Position numbers and translations under genes: made by a program
Virus record (IMG/VR): IMGVR_UViG_3300030332_001481
Span: 259,486-323,485 of that record
Strand: one strand, 5' to 3'
Length of the DNA stretch: 64,000 nt
Source: a virus
Taxonomy: Duplodnaviria; Heunggongvirae; Uroviricota; Caudoviricetes
Notes under the pieces: model-generated
Database searches by the model: none
The model's input: the letters and a program-made list of their open reading frames with translations, nothing else
Told to the model about the DNA's origin: nothing
In this document: positions 47,447-56,255 of the stretch, one piece after another
How positions within the stretch are numbered: the first letter of the stretch is position 1
Layout: every line of letters begins with the position of its first letter

Positions 47447-48232
47447 CTACTTGTCGAGGCAGCGGCGAATCGCCTGCTCAAGCCCTTCGACCCAGCGGCG
47501 GCAAGTAGCCGCCTTGGAGCAGAAGAAGGTCGTCCGATCGAACGTGTACGCGTCGACTCCGTCGAGGCGGAACTTCTCCATCAGCGTGCGCCCGTCATTA
47601 CCCTGGACAGCCTCAACTGTGAGCCCGTAGGACTCCAGCTGGTACCAGGTGCAGGGCTTGGGTAGGGCCGTGTTCTTGCCGCTTCTGCGCTTTGAGGAGG
47701 CATCGGCGGGACAAACCGAGAACTTGTAGGCAGACTTGGCCTTCACCATCTTGGCCAGGTCCATAACTGCCTCGGCGTCAAGGCCTGTAGGCGGACGAGT
47801 CGCCAGAAGCAGGCAATCACCCCCATCGCAGAGGACGTGCTCCCCTACGTTGGCGCGAGGTCCGGTGACGGTGTTGGATGACGGCTTGACCTTGGTGGGT
47901 CCACCCTTGAAAGAAAAGCCCTCAGCCTGCATGGCCTGCTTGAGTCGGATCAGAAGACGCATCACACGGTCGTTCTGTGTGTAGCTGGTCTTGTCCACCA
48001 CGTGCTGCATGATCTGGTCATACAGATTCTCGGCATCGGTGGAATAGTTCCCCCGCGGCTTGGTCGACCGCTTCTTGGTCGTCTTTTTCTTCGCAGGGGA
48101 CTTCTTCTTGGATGTAGTCTTCTTGGTGGACTTCGTCTTCTTGGCGGGGGCCTTCTTCTTAGTGGTCTTTTTCTTGGTCGTCTTCTTACGTCCTGCAAGG
48201 ACGCGCAGACGCTCAGCGATCACAGTACTCAT
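47447..48232 (-). CDS. Lys-rich histone-H1-like protein with a C-terminal Cys-containing domain
   Basis: RKKTTKKKTTKKKAPAKKTKSTKKTTSKKKSPAKKKTTKKR. Confidence 0.72.
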   Translation of the reverse strand: MSTVIAERLRVLAGRKKTTKKKTTKKKAPAKKTKSTKKTTSKKKSPAKKKTTKKRSTKPRGNYSTDAENLYDQIMQHVVDKTSYTQNDRVMRLLIRLKQAMQAEGFSFKGGPTKVKPSSNTVTGPRANVGEHVLCDGGDCLLLATRPPTGLDAEAVMDLAKMVKAKSAYKFSVCPADASSKRRSGKNTALPKPCTWYQLESYGLTVEAVQGNDGRTLMEKFRLDGVDAYTFDRTTFFCSKAATCRRWVEGLEQAIRRCLDK

Positions 48233-48570
48233 GACTTACCTAGCTTGCGAAGGGCGACGCGGTAACGGAACAGCGCCTCAGCGCTGGCGTCGTAGTTGGT
48301 GCTGGCTGTGCGGAGGCTGGCTCGGTCGAACACCTCTTCCATCGCCTGCGAGGACTCTACGGAGGCCAGGACTTCTTCGTAGATGCGGTGGACCAGCCCA
48401 TCGTCGTGCAGCTTTCCCGCCGCTGCGGTGATATGCTCGGCAGCCGCGAGCACGGCATCAGCTACCACCTCGCGAGGGTCGCGTGCAGGGGAAATCAGGC
48501 GGTTCAGGCGCTCCAACTTGTCTAGACGAGCCGTTACCTTGGCAATCCTGGTCTGTAGGTCTTCTCTCAT
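48229..48570 (-). CDS. hypothetical protein, probable head protein
   Basis: N-terminus shared with 13200..14681; LRTAS motif. Confidence 0.7.
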   Translation of the reverse strand: MREDLQTRIAKVTARLDKLERLNRLISPARDPREVVADAVLAAAEHITAAAGKLHDDGLVHRIYEEVLASVESSQAMEEVFDRASLRTASTNYDASAEALFRYRVALRKLGKS

Positions 48571-48830
48571 GAGTCACCTGATAGCGTGTTCAAAATGCGG
48601 TCGTAGCGCTTGGAGATGAAGGCAAACTGGTCAGCGGTCTTCCGGTTGTTCCGGATGGATTCTGCCAGTAAGGGCAAGTCGCCCTCCTTCAGTGCCTTCT
48701 CCATATCGCTAGATAGCGCGTAAAATTGGTCTGCCATCTTACCTGTATCGGCAGCCAGCTCACGGAAATACCGCAGCAGCTTGGCTGTCCGCGCTACCTT
48801 GCGCAGACGATCGGTTAAATGACCTCGCAT
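48567..48830 (-). CDS. hypothetical protein, first gene of the minus-strand operon (start MRGHLTDRLRKVART)
   Basis: Start chosen from the TTATCT-N7-ATG signature; longer starts overlap the divergent gene. Confidence 0.6.
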   Translation of the reverse strand: MRGHLTDRLRKVARTAKLLRYFRELAADTGKMADQFYALSSDMEKALKEGDLPLLAESIRNNRKTADQFAFISKRYDRILNTLSGDS

Positions 48831-48837
48831 GTGGCCC

Positions 48838-48843
48838 AGATAA
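48838..48843 (-). promoter_or_regulatory. putative phage -10-like element TTATCT, 7 nt before ATG
   Basis: Recurrent motif with identical spacing at the head of an operon. Confidence 0.5.
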
Positions 48844-48918
48844 TGTGTACTAGGCATTTGTTCAACGAGAAAGCGAGCTTTGCCAACCCTGGCCATACTA
48901 TACGTAAAGGAGGACCTT

Positions 48919-49518
48919 ATGGCTACGCATTTCATTGCGATCTTCCCCTCGTGGAGCGAGAATATGCCCGCGTGGGCCCGGTTCCCTCAGTGGGGAGAGT
49001 GGGATCCGCACACTGGGCGCTACTACCACGGGGGTTCGTCATCCTACATGACCTTCGAGAACGCCGAAGACATAGACCTTGTGCTGTACCTGGGTAAGGC
49101 TGAGACCGAGGAAGACGAGGACGCACTGGTAGATACAGCTCAGCAACTGCTGAGCGACGCGTTTCCGCCGCTGGAAGGCTGCGCAGAGGACTTGGCCACG
49201 TGCTTCAACGGGTGGATCAGCCCCGACGGGCGTATCTTCCCCTGCTTTTCCGAGTCCCACAAGTTCCTGGCATCCAGGCTTCAGAAAAAGGAGGGCATTC
49301 CCGACACGCAGGACAGGAGAGACACGTGGCTCTCCAGTCTTGCGGAGGATTCCCTGCTCGCGTCGGGGTGGGTGAAGGTCTCCCTGATCTACTGGTTCCG
49401 GAACCCTGAGCACTTGGTAACAGCACGGCAGAGTCGTGTAGCGGAACGCATGAGGGAAATCGGAGATTGTCCCACTTTCAGGCGGGCGGCATCTGACTTT
49501 TTGAAGGATAGGCTATAG
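48919..49518 (+). CDS. phage hypothetical protein (GWISPDG motif)
   Basis: AAGGAGG RBS before ATG 48919; NGWISPDGRIFPC..H..GWVKV. Confidence 0.75.
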   Translation: MATHFIAIFPSWSENMPAWARFPQWGEWDPHTGRYYHGGSSSYMTFENAEDIDLVLYLGKAETEEDEDALVDTAQQLLSDAFPPLEGCAEDLATCFNGWISPDGRIFPCFSESHKFLASRLQKKEGIPDTQDRRDTWLSSLAEDSLLASGWVKVSLIYWFRNPEHLVTARQSRVAERMREIGDCPTFRRAASDFLKDRL

Positions 49519-49521
49519 ATC

Positions 49522-50544
49522 ATGGGATGTTGGAGCGAAACTTGTGTACTTTCACGGATGCCAATCGAGGGAGGCGACCGTGTCGTCTTGTTGCTGATCG
49601 TTGAGTCGCCGTACACCGACCGGTTCTCTCAGTACTGGACTCGCAGTCTTCCGATCTACGGGAAGTACGACGACTACGGCGGCATTGACCTGGACGACTC
49701 CATTGGGGACGAGGAGGACAAGGCAAACCAGCTCGTCTGGCACTACATGTGTCGCCTTTTCGAGGAAGATCTCTACGAGGGACCCAACACCCGGGACCTG
49801 GGACAACCGGCGCCATCGAAAGCACTGCTCAGTCCTGCCAATATTCTGAGTTGGGTGAGTGAGGGTGACCTCTATATCGAAGACGACGCGAGATTTTCCG
49901 ATGCAGAGGCAGACAAGAAACTACAAGTGCATCAGGTCTTGGTTCGAGCGGACATCTGGGAGGCCTTCCTGGGTCAGGTCGTGTCCAGTACAAACCTGCC
50001 GGACGTGGAGTTTGTCTTTGAGTACCTGAAGGGGAAATACCAGGGGCAAGTCCGGCGCACCAAGGCTGCGGCTGAGCTACTCGACAAGCTTTCCGATGAA
50101 GATTCAGAAGCTCTCACGGAAATCAGAGAGCTGGCCTCCGGGCTGTCGCACTACCAGTACCCTGGCCGGGTCGTGATCGGGACCCGTTCCCATGTCGACA
50201 CCCTCAAAATGCTCGCGCAGGACGCAGCAGAGGGGCTGGATGATCCTAACAACGAGATGGTTCTCCGACGAGCGGCGGAGCTTTGCTTCGTAGAGAGCGT
50301 CATGCGGGAGTCGCGTATGGAATGGTATCCTGTACGCGAGGGCACTGGGAGTCAGTACGTCAACGAAGGCATGACCACGCAGCTGCACCTCGAAATGGCC
50401 AGAGCGGGACTCCGCAGGATGATTCGAAACTACGACGATATGCAAGACGAGGACGGTCTGCTAGACCATCAGCTGACCTGCATTGATGCCCTAGTAGAGA
50501 GCCTCGTAGAAACCCTGAAAGCTGAGGGGAAGACACATGACTGA
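49522..50544 (+). CDS. phage hypothetical protein
   Basis: MGCWSETC..SRMPI..GD and PIYGKYDDYG, an N-terminus I associate with large-phage proteins. Confidence 0.75.
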   Translation: MGCWSETCVLSRMPIEGGDRVVLLLIVESPYTDRFSQYWTRSLPIYGKYDDYGGIDLDDSIGDEEDKANQLVWHYMCRLFEEDLYEGPNTRDLGQPAPSKALLSPANILSWVSEGDLYIEDDARFSDAEADKKLQVHQVLVRADIWEAFLGQVVSSTNLPDVEFVFEYLKGKYQGQVRRTKAAAELLDKLSDEDSEALTEIRELASGLSHYQYPGRVVIGTRSHVDTLKMLAQDAAEGLDDPNNEMVLRRAAELCFVESVMRESRMEWYPVREGTGSQYVNEGMTTQLHLEMARAGLRRMIRNYDDMQDEDGLLDHQLTCIDALVESLVETLKAEGKTHD

Positions 50545-50974
50545 GGGAAAGTTGAGTGAGCCGCTACTCGTTACGGGTGACGACGGGTGGCCGGAGTACT
50601 ACTCGATCGCCAAGACGATGGAGGACCTTCGACGAGATGTCGAGGGGATACTCAGTGATGGAGAACACGCAGTCACCGACATCAGTCTCTGGAAGCGGGT
50701 GGAAGATCTTCCCGAGGAGCCGGAGCGCGGGAGGTACGTCATCGCGCTCGCGTACACGTCGGATGGTGAGCCGTTCGATGTACAGGGCGAGATGTTCTGC
50801 CACGAGACGATCCATCAAGGGCTTCAGCTATCGGAGCGGGACAACGAGAGAGCTGTCGACTGGGCGTGTCAGGTCTGGATGGAGGTCGAGGTGGATATCG
50901 ACACCCGCACCACAGTGAGCGGTATCTGGCTCCCGAAGTCGAAGCAGCGCAAGAGGCGAAAGCGTTTAGCCTAG
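50537..50974 (+). CDS. hypothetical protein
   Basis: Overlapping ORF ending before a terminator. Confidence 0.65.
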   Translation: MTEGKLSEPLLVTGDDGWPEYYSIAKTMEDLRRDVEGILSDGEHAVTDISLWKRVEDLPEEPERGRYVIALAYTSDGEPFDVQGEMFCHETIHQGLQLSERDNERAVDWACQVWMEVEVDIDTRTTVSGIWLPKSKQRKRRKRLA

Positions 50975-50988
50975 CTTCTACAAGCGAA

Positions 50989-51032
50989 CGAGAAAAAGCC
51001 CCGTTGGAATGCTCCAACGGGGCTTTTTCTCG
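50989..51032. terminator. bidirectional intrinsic terminator
   Basis: CGAGAAAAAGCCCCGTTGGA-ATGC-TCCAACGGGGCTTTTTCTCG between convergent genes. Confidence 0.88.
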
Positions 51033-51046
51033 TCCTTGAACTACGT

Positions 51047-51334
51047 CTAGTTATCGGGTAGCTTTGGCCACAGGCGCCAAACGATGGTGAAGCCACCAAA
51101 TATGTACCCGTCGTCATCAGTACAGGGTAACCACTTACCGGTCCACACCTTATTGGCGAAAGAAACTGGCATGCATAGTAATATCCACAGTACCCCTACG
51201 ACGGGAGAGAGTACAAGTAGGAACGGTGTCAACATCACCCGCATGACGCGGACAGTGAGATAACTAGGCTTCTGATCTTGTACCGGGGCTGTCCGGTACG
51301 GCCCGTCTCCAGTTTCCTCGTTGGTCATGTACAT
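51047..51334 (-). CDS. small membrane protein
   Basis: Central hydrophobic segment. Confidence 0.6.
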   Translation of the reverse strand: MYMTNEETGDGPYRTAPVQDQKPSYLTVRVMRVMLTPFLLVLSPVVGVLWILLCMPVSFANKVWTGKWLPCTDDDGYIFGGFTIVWRLWPKLPDN

Positions 51335-51714
51335 TCGGGATTCCTTCTAGTTTCTAGAGTGCGGTTCAGGCACGCCTGAATGATGTTGAAGCACTCCTGA
51401 GGGGATTTGGTCTCTGCAATGTGCGCAGTTCCTGTGGCCCGCTCCAGCCACTGGTAGGCCTGAGTGCGGCTGATTCGTGGCCTCTTGGAGTGTGGCGCTC
51501 CCTTCCACAGGAGATCGAAGACCTCATGGGCAGCCTTCCGCCAGTGACGCAGCTCTTCCCTGGCGGGACGACCAAGAGGCCTGCCATCCGCGTGGGCGCC
51601 CACCCTGGCGTCACAATCTGGCCATGCCTCGCAGCTGTAGTAGTTCCCATACTCGCCACAGAGGTAAGCCATGTGACTGCCACAGTAAGGGCAGTCCATG
51701 TCTACGCTACTCAT
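51325..51714 (-). CDS. DUF3268-family zinc-finger protein
   Basis: CPYCG..C..CDARVGAH..PLG..LRHWRKAAHEVFD..SRTQAYQWL..HI. Confidence 0.8.
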   Translation of the reverse strand: MSSVDMDCPYCGSHMAYLCGEYGNYYSCEAWPDCDARVGAHADGRPLGRPAREELRHWRKAAHEVFDLLWKGAPHSKRPRISRTQAYQWLERATGTAHIAETKSPQECFNIIQACLNRTLETRRNPECT

Positions 51715-52093
51715 TGATCTTCAACCGATACATACGAGCAAACGAACGTAGGCTCCATTCCATTCTGTGCGGTATTTCCCACATGTCATGCGCTGCACGT
51801 AGGCTCTTGAGCCAAGTTACGTTCGGCGCTGGCATACCAATGCTATGACTCAGTACCTCAGTAAGGTCTGAGATATCGCGGCCTTCCATGTCTGGGGTGT
51901 AGTCCTCGTCTCGGATAGCCCATCCAATTGCACAACGACGGTTGTCCTCTCCGCGCAGAGCACACACTAGGGTTTGATTGTTGCAGTAGTCTTTGACTAC
52001 AACAGATCTCTCAAAGCCCTGGCTCTTGAGCCCCGCCCAGGCCAAATCAAAGATGGCCTGCTGTGCTGCGGTATCGGTCGATTCCTGTGTCAT
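51707..52093 (-). CDS. phage hypothetical protein
   Basis: QQAIFD..QG..CALRG..RCAIG..LRAAHD pattern common in phage proteins. Confidence 0.72.
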   Translation of the reverse strand: MTQESTDTAAQQAIFDLAWAGLKSQGFERSVVVKDYCNNQTLVCALRGEDNRRCAIGWAIRDEDYTPDMEGRDISDLTEVLSHSIGMPAPNVTWLKSLRAAHDMWEIPHRMEWSLRSFARMYRLKINE

Positions 52094-52356
52094 GCTTCCC
52101 TAGTATGCGCAGGGTTGGACAGTGCCGTTACATCCACTCCGCCCTCACACCCAGCAGCTCTAACAACTGGGCTAGGTCGAGAGTTTCGAGGCTACCCTCA
52201 GACAGAACGCTGGGGTGATCTATTGACGCCGAAGGCAGGACCCACGCGGGTGAATCTAGCGACAGTAATACGGGGCCTGCGATTCCACTAGTCTGCCGCT
52301 TTCGAATTTCCTCCAGCAAGGCAGGCAGTGGAAGCAAGTCCAGACCTTCAGGTGTC

Positions 52357-52953
52357 TTAGTCACTCTGCGACTGCTTGTGCTTACGGTACGAAGCCATGA
52401 GAGCAGGGACATCAAGCCCCTGCAGCCCAGTTTCGAGGGAGGCGCGAACCACTGCGCCGAAGAGGGTGTCCTTCAGGCGCTGGTCGGCGGGAAGCTCCGC
52501 GTACGGAACCATGCAAGGGTGGGTCTTGGCGTCCGCGTCCTTGACTTCACCATACACCCAGCCGTCCTTGGCCTTGTGCTCCATCCAACCCTCGTGGGAC
52601 TGCTCCGGAGTCCTGTCGGGATCGGATGCAATGGCGATGGCGCCCTCCATAGCGGAGGCACGCTGCCACTCTGGCGCGTCATTCCACGGCACCTGCGAAG
52701 TGTAACCAAGCGATTCGCAGTACGCACGGTTGACCTCGTGAGCCATGCGAGCGGCCTCTCCCACGGCGGTCATAAACTCCACGGCGTCCATAAAGGAAAC
52801 ATTGTCAGTTGTCTTAGTCATTTCAGTCATTACATTTACGGGGAGTCTATCAACTCCCACGGTCAGTCTTTGTAGGGTCTCAGGGGACAGCTCGTAGCTT
52901 GTTATCTTGAACGCCGCGTCTGGTGGCGTTTCAACCTTCTTGCGAGTCCACAT
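52357..52953 (-). CDS. RyR-domain phage protein (start uncertain)
   Basis: AHEVNRAYC..PEQSHEGWMEHKAKDGWVYGEVKDADAKTHPCMVPYAELP..QRLKD. Confidence 0.82.
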   Translation of the reverse strand: MWTRKKVETPPDAAFKITSYELSPETLQRLTVGVDRLPVNVMTEMTKTTDNVSFMDAVEFMTAVGEAARMAHEVNRAYCESLGYTSQVPWNDAPEWQRASAMEGAIAIASDPDRTPEQSHEGWMEHKAKDGWVYGEVKDADAKTHPCMVPYAELPADQRLKDTLFGAVVRASLETGLQGLDVPALMASYRKHKQSQSD

Positions 52954-52966
52954 ATCGTCGTTCGGG

Positions 52967-53281
52967 TCAGGCACAACATGATCTGGGTCGGGGACAGGAG
53001 CCTCTGCCTGCACACGTCTCAGGGTTCCAACAGAAGCTGGGGACTTCACTGCGTACGTCGAGACGCGGATCTGCCGGGTAGGGAAGCCGCTCGTAGGACT
53101 GAACCGTCCCAAACGGCTCAGCACGCTCGCGGATCTCAGCTTCCGTAGCCGCCTCCCTATCGCCCCGAAACCTCTCACGCGCCTCTGGCGTCTTCATAGG
53201 CGTAATGGGGTACCAACTTACGTCAACTTCGATCGTACCTGCCGACCGATTGGCGAACTTCACCCAGTAGAAAGTCATCAC
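52967..53281 (-). CDS. hypothetical protein with a C-terminal Cys cluster
   Basis: LPYPADPR..PSFC..C.GRGSCPRPRSCC. Confidence 0.65.
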   Translation of the reverse strand: MMTFYWVKFANRSAGTIEVDVSWYPITPMKTPEARERFRGDREAATEAEIRERAEPFGTVQSYERLPYPADPRLDVRSEVPSFCWNPETCAGRGSCPRPRSCCA

Positions 53282-53466
53282 TTAGCTCCTGTCACTCAGC
53301 ACACTGGCAGGTTTCATCACTGGACTGATCCAGCGATGGGACCGCGTAGAAACGGTAGATCTGTATACCAACCAAGATGGTAAAAGACACCACAAATACA
53401 GCCCCCGAAAGTACCAGCAGAGGGCGGTAGGCATTGAGGACAAAGGCGACGAGCAGCCTGTGCCAC

Positions 53467-54102
53467 TCACTCATCGTCACCTCTAGACTTGAGGTACGAC
53501 TCGTGAATTACAAGCGCCTCCAGGGGGAATACCTCCTCATGCGCAGGTCCCCAAACCACGTCGTGGTGGTAGTCGGTGTAGACTGGTTCAAACCATTTGA
53601 CGCCCACACTGAGAAGGCGGTCGTAGTCATTCTTGTTGAGCTTGCATACGGTCAGCAGGGGGCTGCCGCTCTTCAGCCGCACCACGTCGCCAACATTGAG
53701 AGTTGTCTTTTCTTCCGAAGCCATGATCTGTTCCTTTGTGTTGTTAGATCGCACCGGTAGTGCGTTTACAGGTGAGTTGCTCTTGTACGGCGCATTCCCG
53801 CGCCAAGCACTCTCCGGCGGGAGTTTGCGAAGGGTGAAGGTGGGGGCGTCCTCCGGCCACCGCCAGTTAGTATCGCGCCCAGCACCAGGCTGTAGGCCCC
53901 CGAACTTGTAAGGACCCTCACCGTTAATTTCAGCAAAACAAGTGAAGGTGGTAGACGTGGCCTCGACAACTTCCGCGTCCTGCCAATGTACGATGTACCT
54001 GAGAGACACGTGACCCTGGAAAGGCTCCTCCCTTGTCTCCGCCCAACGGACCTGAACTACGTCCCCAACCTCAACGGGTCGGCGTGTATCTGTCGTGCTC
54101 AC
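53467..54102 (-). CDS. protein with a C-terminal DUF2158/YodC-like SH3-type domain
   Basis: LNVGDVVRLKSGSPLLTV..VKWF..EEVFPLEAL; a second VGDVVQV motif at the N-terminus. Confidence 0.65.
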   Translation of the reverse strand: MSTTDTRRPVEVGDVVQVRWAETREEPFQGHVSLRYIVHWQDAEVVEATSTTFTCFAEINGEGPYKFGGLQPGAGRDTNWRWPEDAPTFTLRKLPPESAWRGNAPYKSNSPVNALPVRSNNTKEQIMASEEKTTLNVGDVVRLKSGSPLLTVCKLNKNDYDRLLSVGVKWFEPVYTDYHHDVVWGPAHEEVFPLEALVIHESYLKSRGDDE

Positions 54103-54153
54103 TGCGTGCTCCTCGTCCAGCCGATACAGCCCCGGCAGGGTGAGTTTACAGCG

Positions 54154-56154
54154 TCACCGGGACGTAGCCCGGAACCTGTGGTCGGGGTTCTGCCGCAGGA
54201 AGTAGATGAAGCGGTGACTGTCCACCTCAAACTGGAATTGGCCCTCCCTGTCGAGCACCAGGAGACGATGAGAGGTAGTGTTGTTACCCTCCACCTTCTC
54301 CAGAGCCTGCAGAACCTCAAAGCGGTGCCCCAGCCCAAGACTGTCCACACGACTCTGTGCGGCACTCACGGGGTCTTTCTTCTCGAAAAAGGTAACTTCA
54401 GGCCCGTACTTCTTACACTTGCCGAAGAATCCACCCAGAACTCGGGTGAATTCGTCGTTTGTGCGCTTGTCCCTCACCCGGAGGGTCCAGAACATACGGC
54501 CACTTGTCTTGGTGCGTGACGGGATAGCTTCCTGTACCTCCAAGATGGAGTCGAGTCCCATCTTTGTAAGCCGCTGGTTTGCCTTCACCACCTTTGCTTG
54601 GCGCACTTCCTTCCCAGGAAGGGGCAGCTCAGCCCGGCTGTTGTCTCGCCGGGTTAGTGGTGGAGCCTCTTCTGGCGAGGAGGGCGGCAGCGAGGAGGTT
54701 TCCCGGAGTTCGAGGGTCCATTTCGCTTGTCCACAATCCCATATCCGGGTGTAGCCCGCGTCTACCCCCGACGACCCGGGGTACTTCATGCGATGGAGCG
54801 TCTCTGTTCCGTTGGTCCACTTGAATGAGGGGTACTCAGACACCTTGGTCCAGCCTTGGGCCTCCAGGTGAGATCCGTCTCCATACCTACGGTCCACGAA
54901 CGTTTGGATCATAGCGGGGTCATAGTGGTTGATGACGTGACGCAGCAGCCTGCTCCATCCACCGGGGACAGCGTGGCCTCCCCGAGTACAGAACCGACTG
55001 ATGTCTAGAAGCTCACCTACCTGCACCCACCTCACCTGCATGGCGCACAGGGTCTCCCCTCGGTACGACAGTGAGAAAACCTGACCGGAACCCCTGCCCA
55101 TGAGGTGATGAGTATCGAAGAACTCAGCACTCCCAGGAACTATGGTACATTTCCGCGCTCCTGTTGTGGTACTCTTCCCTACCGCGTGGCCCAGGATGGA
55201 ACGTACTGCCTCAGTCCTGAAAGTGATCTCATCTGACCGAAAGAACAAAGGGCGGTACCCCAGTGCCTCGAACTCTCTCCTGCGGTGCAGGTGGTGGTTT
55301 CGTCCTTTCCCCGTAGCTTCTGAGTGGAAGTACAATCCGTCGCACTCGATCACCACGTCGTAACCAGGAACCAGGAAGTCGGGGCGTAGAGTGGACCCGG
55401 GAAGCTCCTTGTTATGAATGTAAGGCACTCCCAGGTCTGTAAGAAGCTGGGACACTACATTCTCGATGACGGTGCCCGTACCACGAACCAGGTCTGGTAC
55501 CTTGGCAGTCCCACAGTTAGCCACCAACGCCCGTGCATAGGTGTTGGATATCCCGTTGGCAGCCGCCCATTCATCGATGGGCTGACCTTCAACGATAGTG
55601 GTCAGCCCTTTGTCGATGAAGGCCTTTTTGGTGAGGGAAGACCGCTCCTCTGATGTTGGACTGAAAAGTCTGTCGGGATTCTTCTTTAGCTCACGGATGA
55701 ATGCAGGACCACTGTAGGTAAACTCACAATCACGGTTGATGTCCACGATGGTGAAATGGTACGTGGTCTTTAGAACCTTACCCTCAGTACTGATGCGAGC
55801 GGTCTTCTTGTTCAGGTCGAGCACCTGGTACGTGGAGGGTTTCAAGGCGTCTGTTTTTGCCTGAAGGCGGGTAACGGCTCGGTTCCTCTCCTCATCTGAG
55901 GTGGGGATCTCTTTCACGGAGGTCTTTGACGCGCTGGGGGTGCGGATCTCGTAGGTAGGACTGTCCCGCAAGTTCTTGATGACCTTCATCAGGTTCTTAC
56001 GCAGAACCTCTTCCCCCGTAGCCAGGACACGAAGCCGGACCCCAAGATTTGTCCCTGTGGAGGGGACCACCTCCACCACTTGGTACTTACCAGGACGCAA
56101 GCTGTCGATTACCTGCTGGTAGTGCAGCACTCTGTGCGTTGGTTGTGTGGCCAT
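54154..56154 (-). CDS. Hef-like free-standing homing endonuclease (DUF559/Vsr-like PD-(D/E)XK domain plus GNAT-like domain) with repeat modules
   Basis: RPDFLV..VVIECDGLYFHS..FFRSDE..ARKC..FFDTHHLMG..ISRFCT..GGWSRLL..TFVDRRY..RIWDCG. Confidence 0.8.
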   Translation of the reverse strand: MATQPTHRVLHYQQVIDSLRPGKYQVVEVVPSTGTNLGVRLRVLATGEEVLRKNLMKVIKNLRDSPTYEIRTPSASKTSVKEIPTSDEERNRAVTRLQAKTDALKPSTYQVLDLNKKTARISTEGKVLKTTYHFTIVDINRDCEFTYSGPAFIRELKKNPDRLFSPTSEERSSLTKKAFIDKGLTTIVEGQPIDEWAAANGISNTYARALVANCGTAKVPDLVRGTGTVIENVVSQLLTDLGVPYIHNKELPGSTLRPDFLVPGYDVVIECDGLYFHSEATGKGRNHHLHRRREFEALGYRPLFFRSDEITFRTEAVRSILGHAVGKSTTTGARKCTIVPGSAEFFDTHHLMGRGSGQVFSLSYRGETLCAMQVRWVQVGELLDISRFCTRGGHAVPGGWSRLLRHVINHYDPAMIQTFVDRRYGDGSHLEAQGWTKVSEYPSFKWTNGTETLHRMKYPGSSGVDAGYTRIWDCGQAKWTLELRETSSLPPSSPEEAPPLTRRDNSRAELPLPGKEVRQAKVVKANQRLTKMGLDSILEVQEAIPSRTKTSGRMFWTLRVRDKRTNDEFTRVLGGFFGKCKKYGPEVTFFEKKDPVSAAQSRVDSLGLGHRFEVLQALEKVEGNNTTSHRLLVLDREGQFQFEVDSHRFIYFLRQNPDHRFRATSR

Positions 56155-56215
56155 GGTACTGCTATATAGCTCAGTAGAAAGGAACTAGCAACTGGAAAGT
56201 GCAACTTTGGTGGTT

Positions 56216-56255
56216 AAAATGAAAAACCCCCTTCGAGATAGTCTCGAAGGGGGTT
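56216..56255 (-). terminator. intrinsic terminator
   Basis: AACCCCCTTCGAGA/TCTCGAAGGGGGTT hairpin with a T-tract on the minus strand. Confidence 0.8.
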
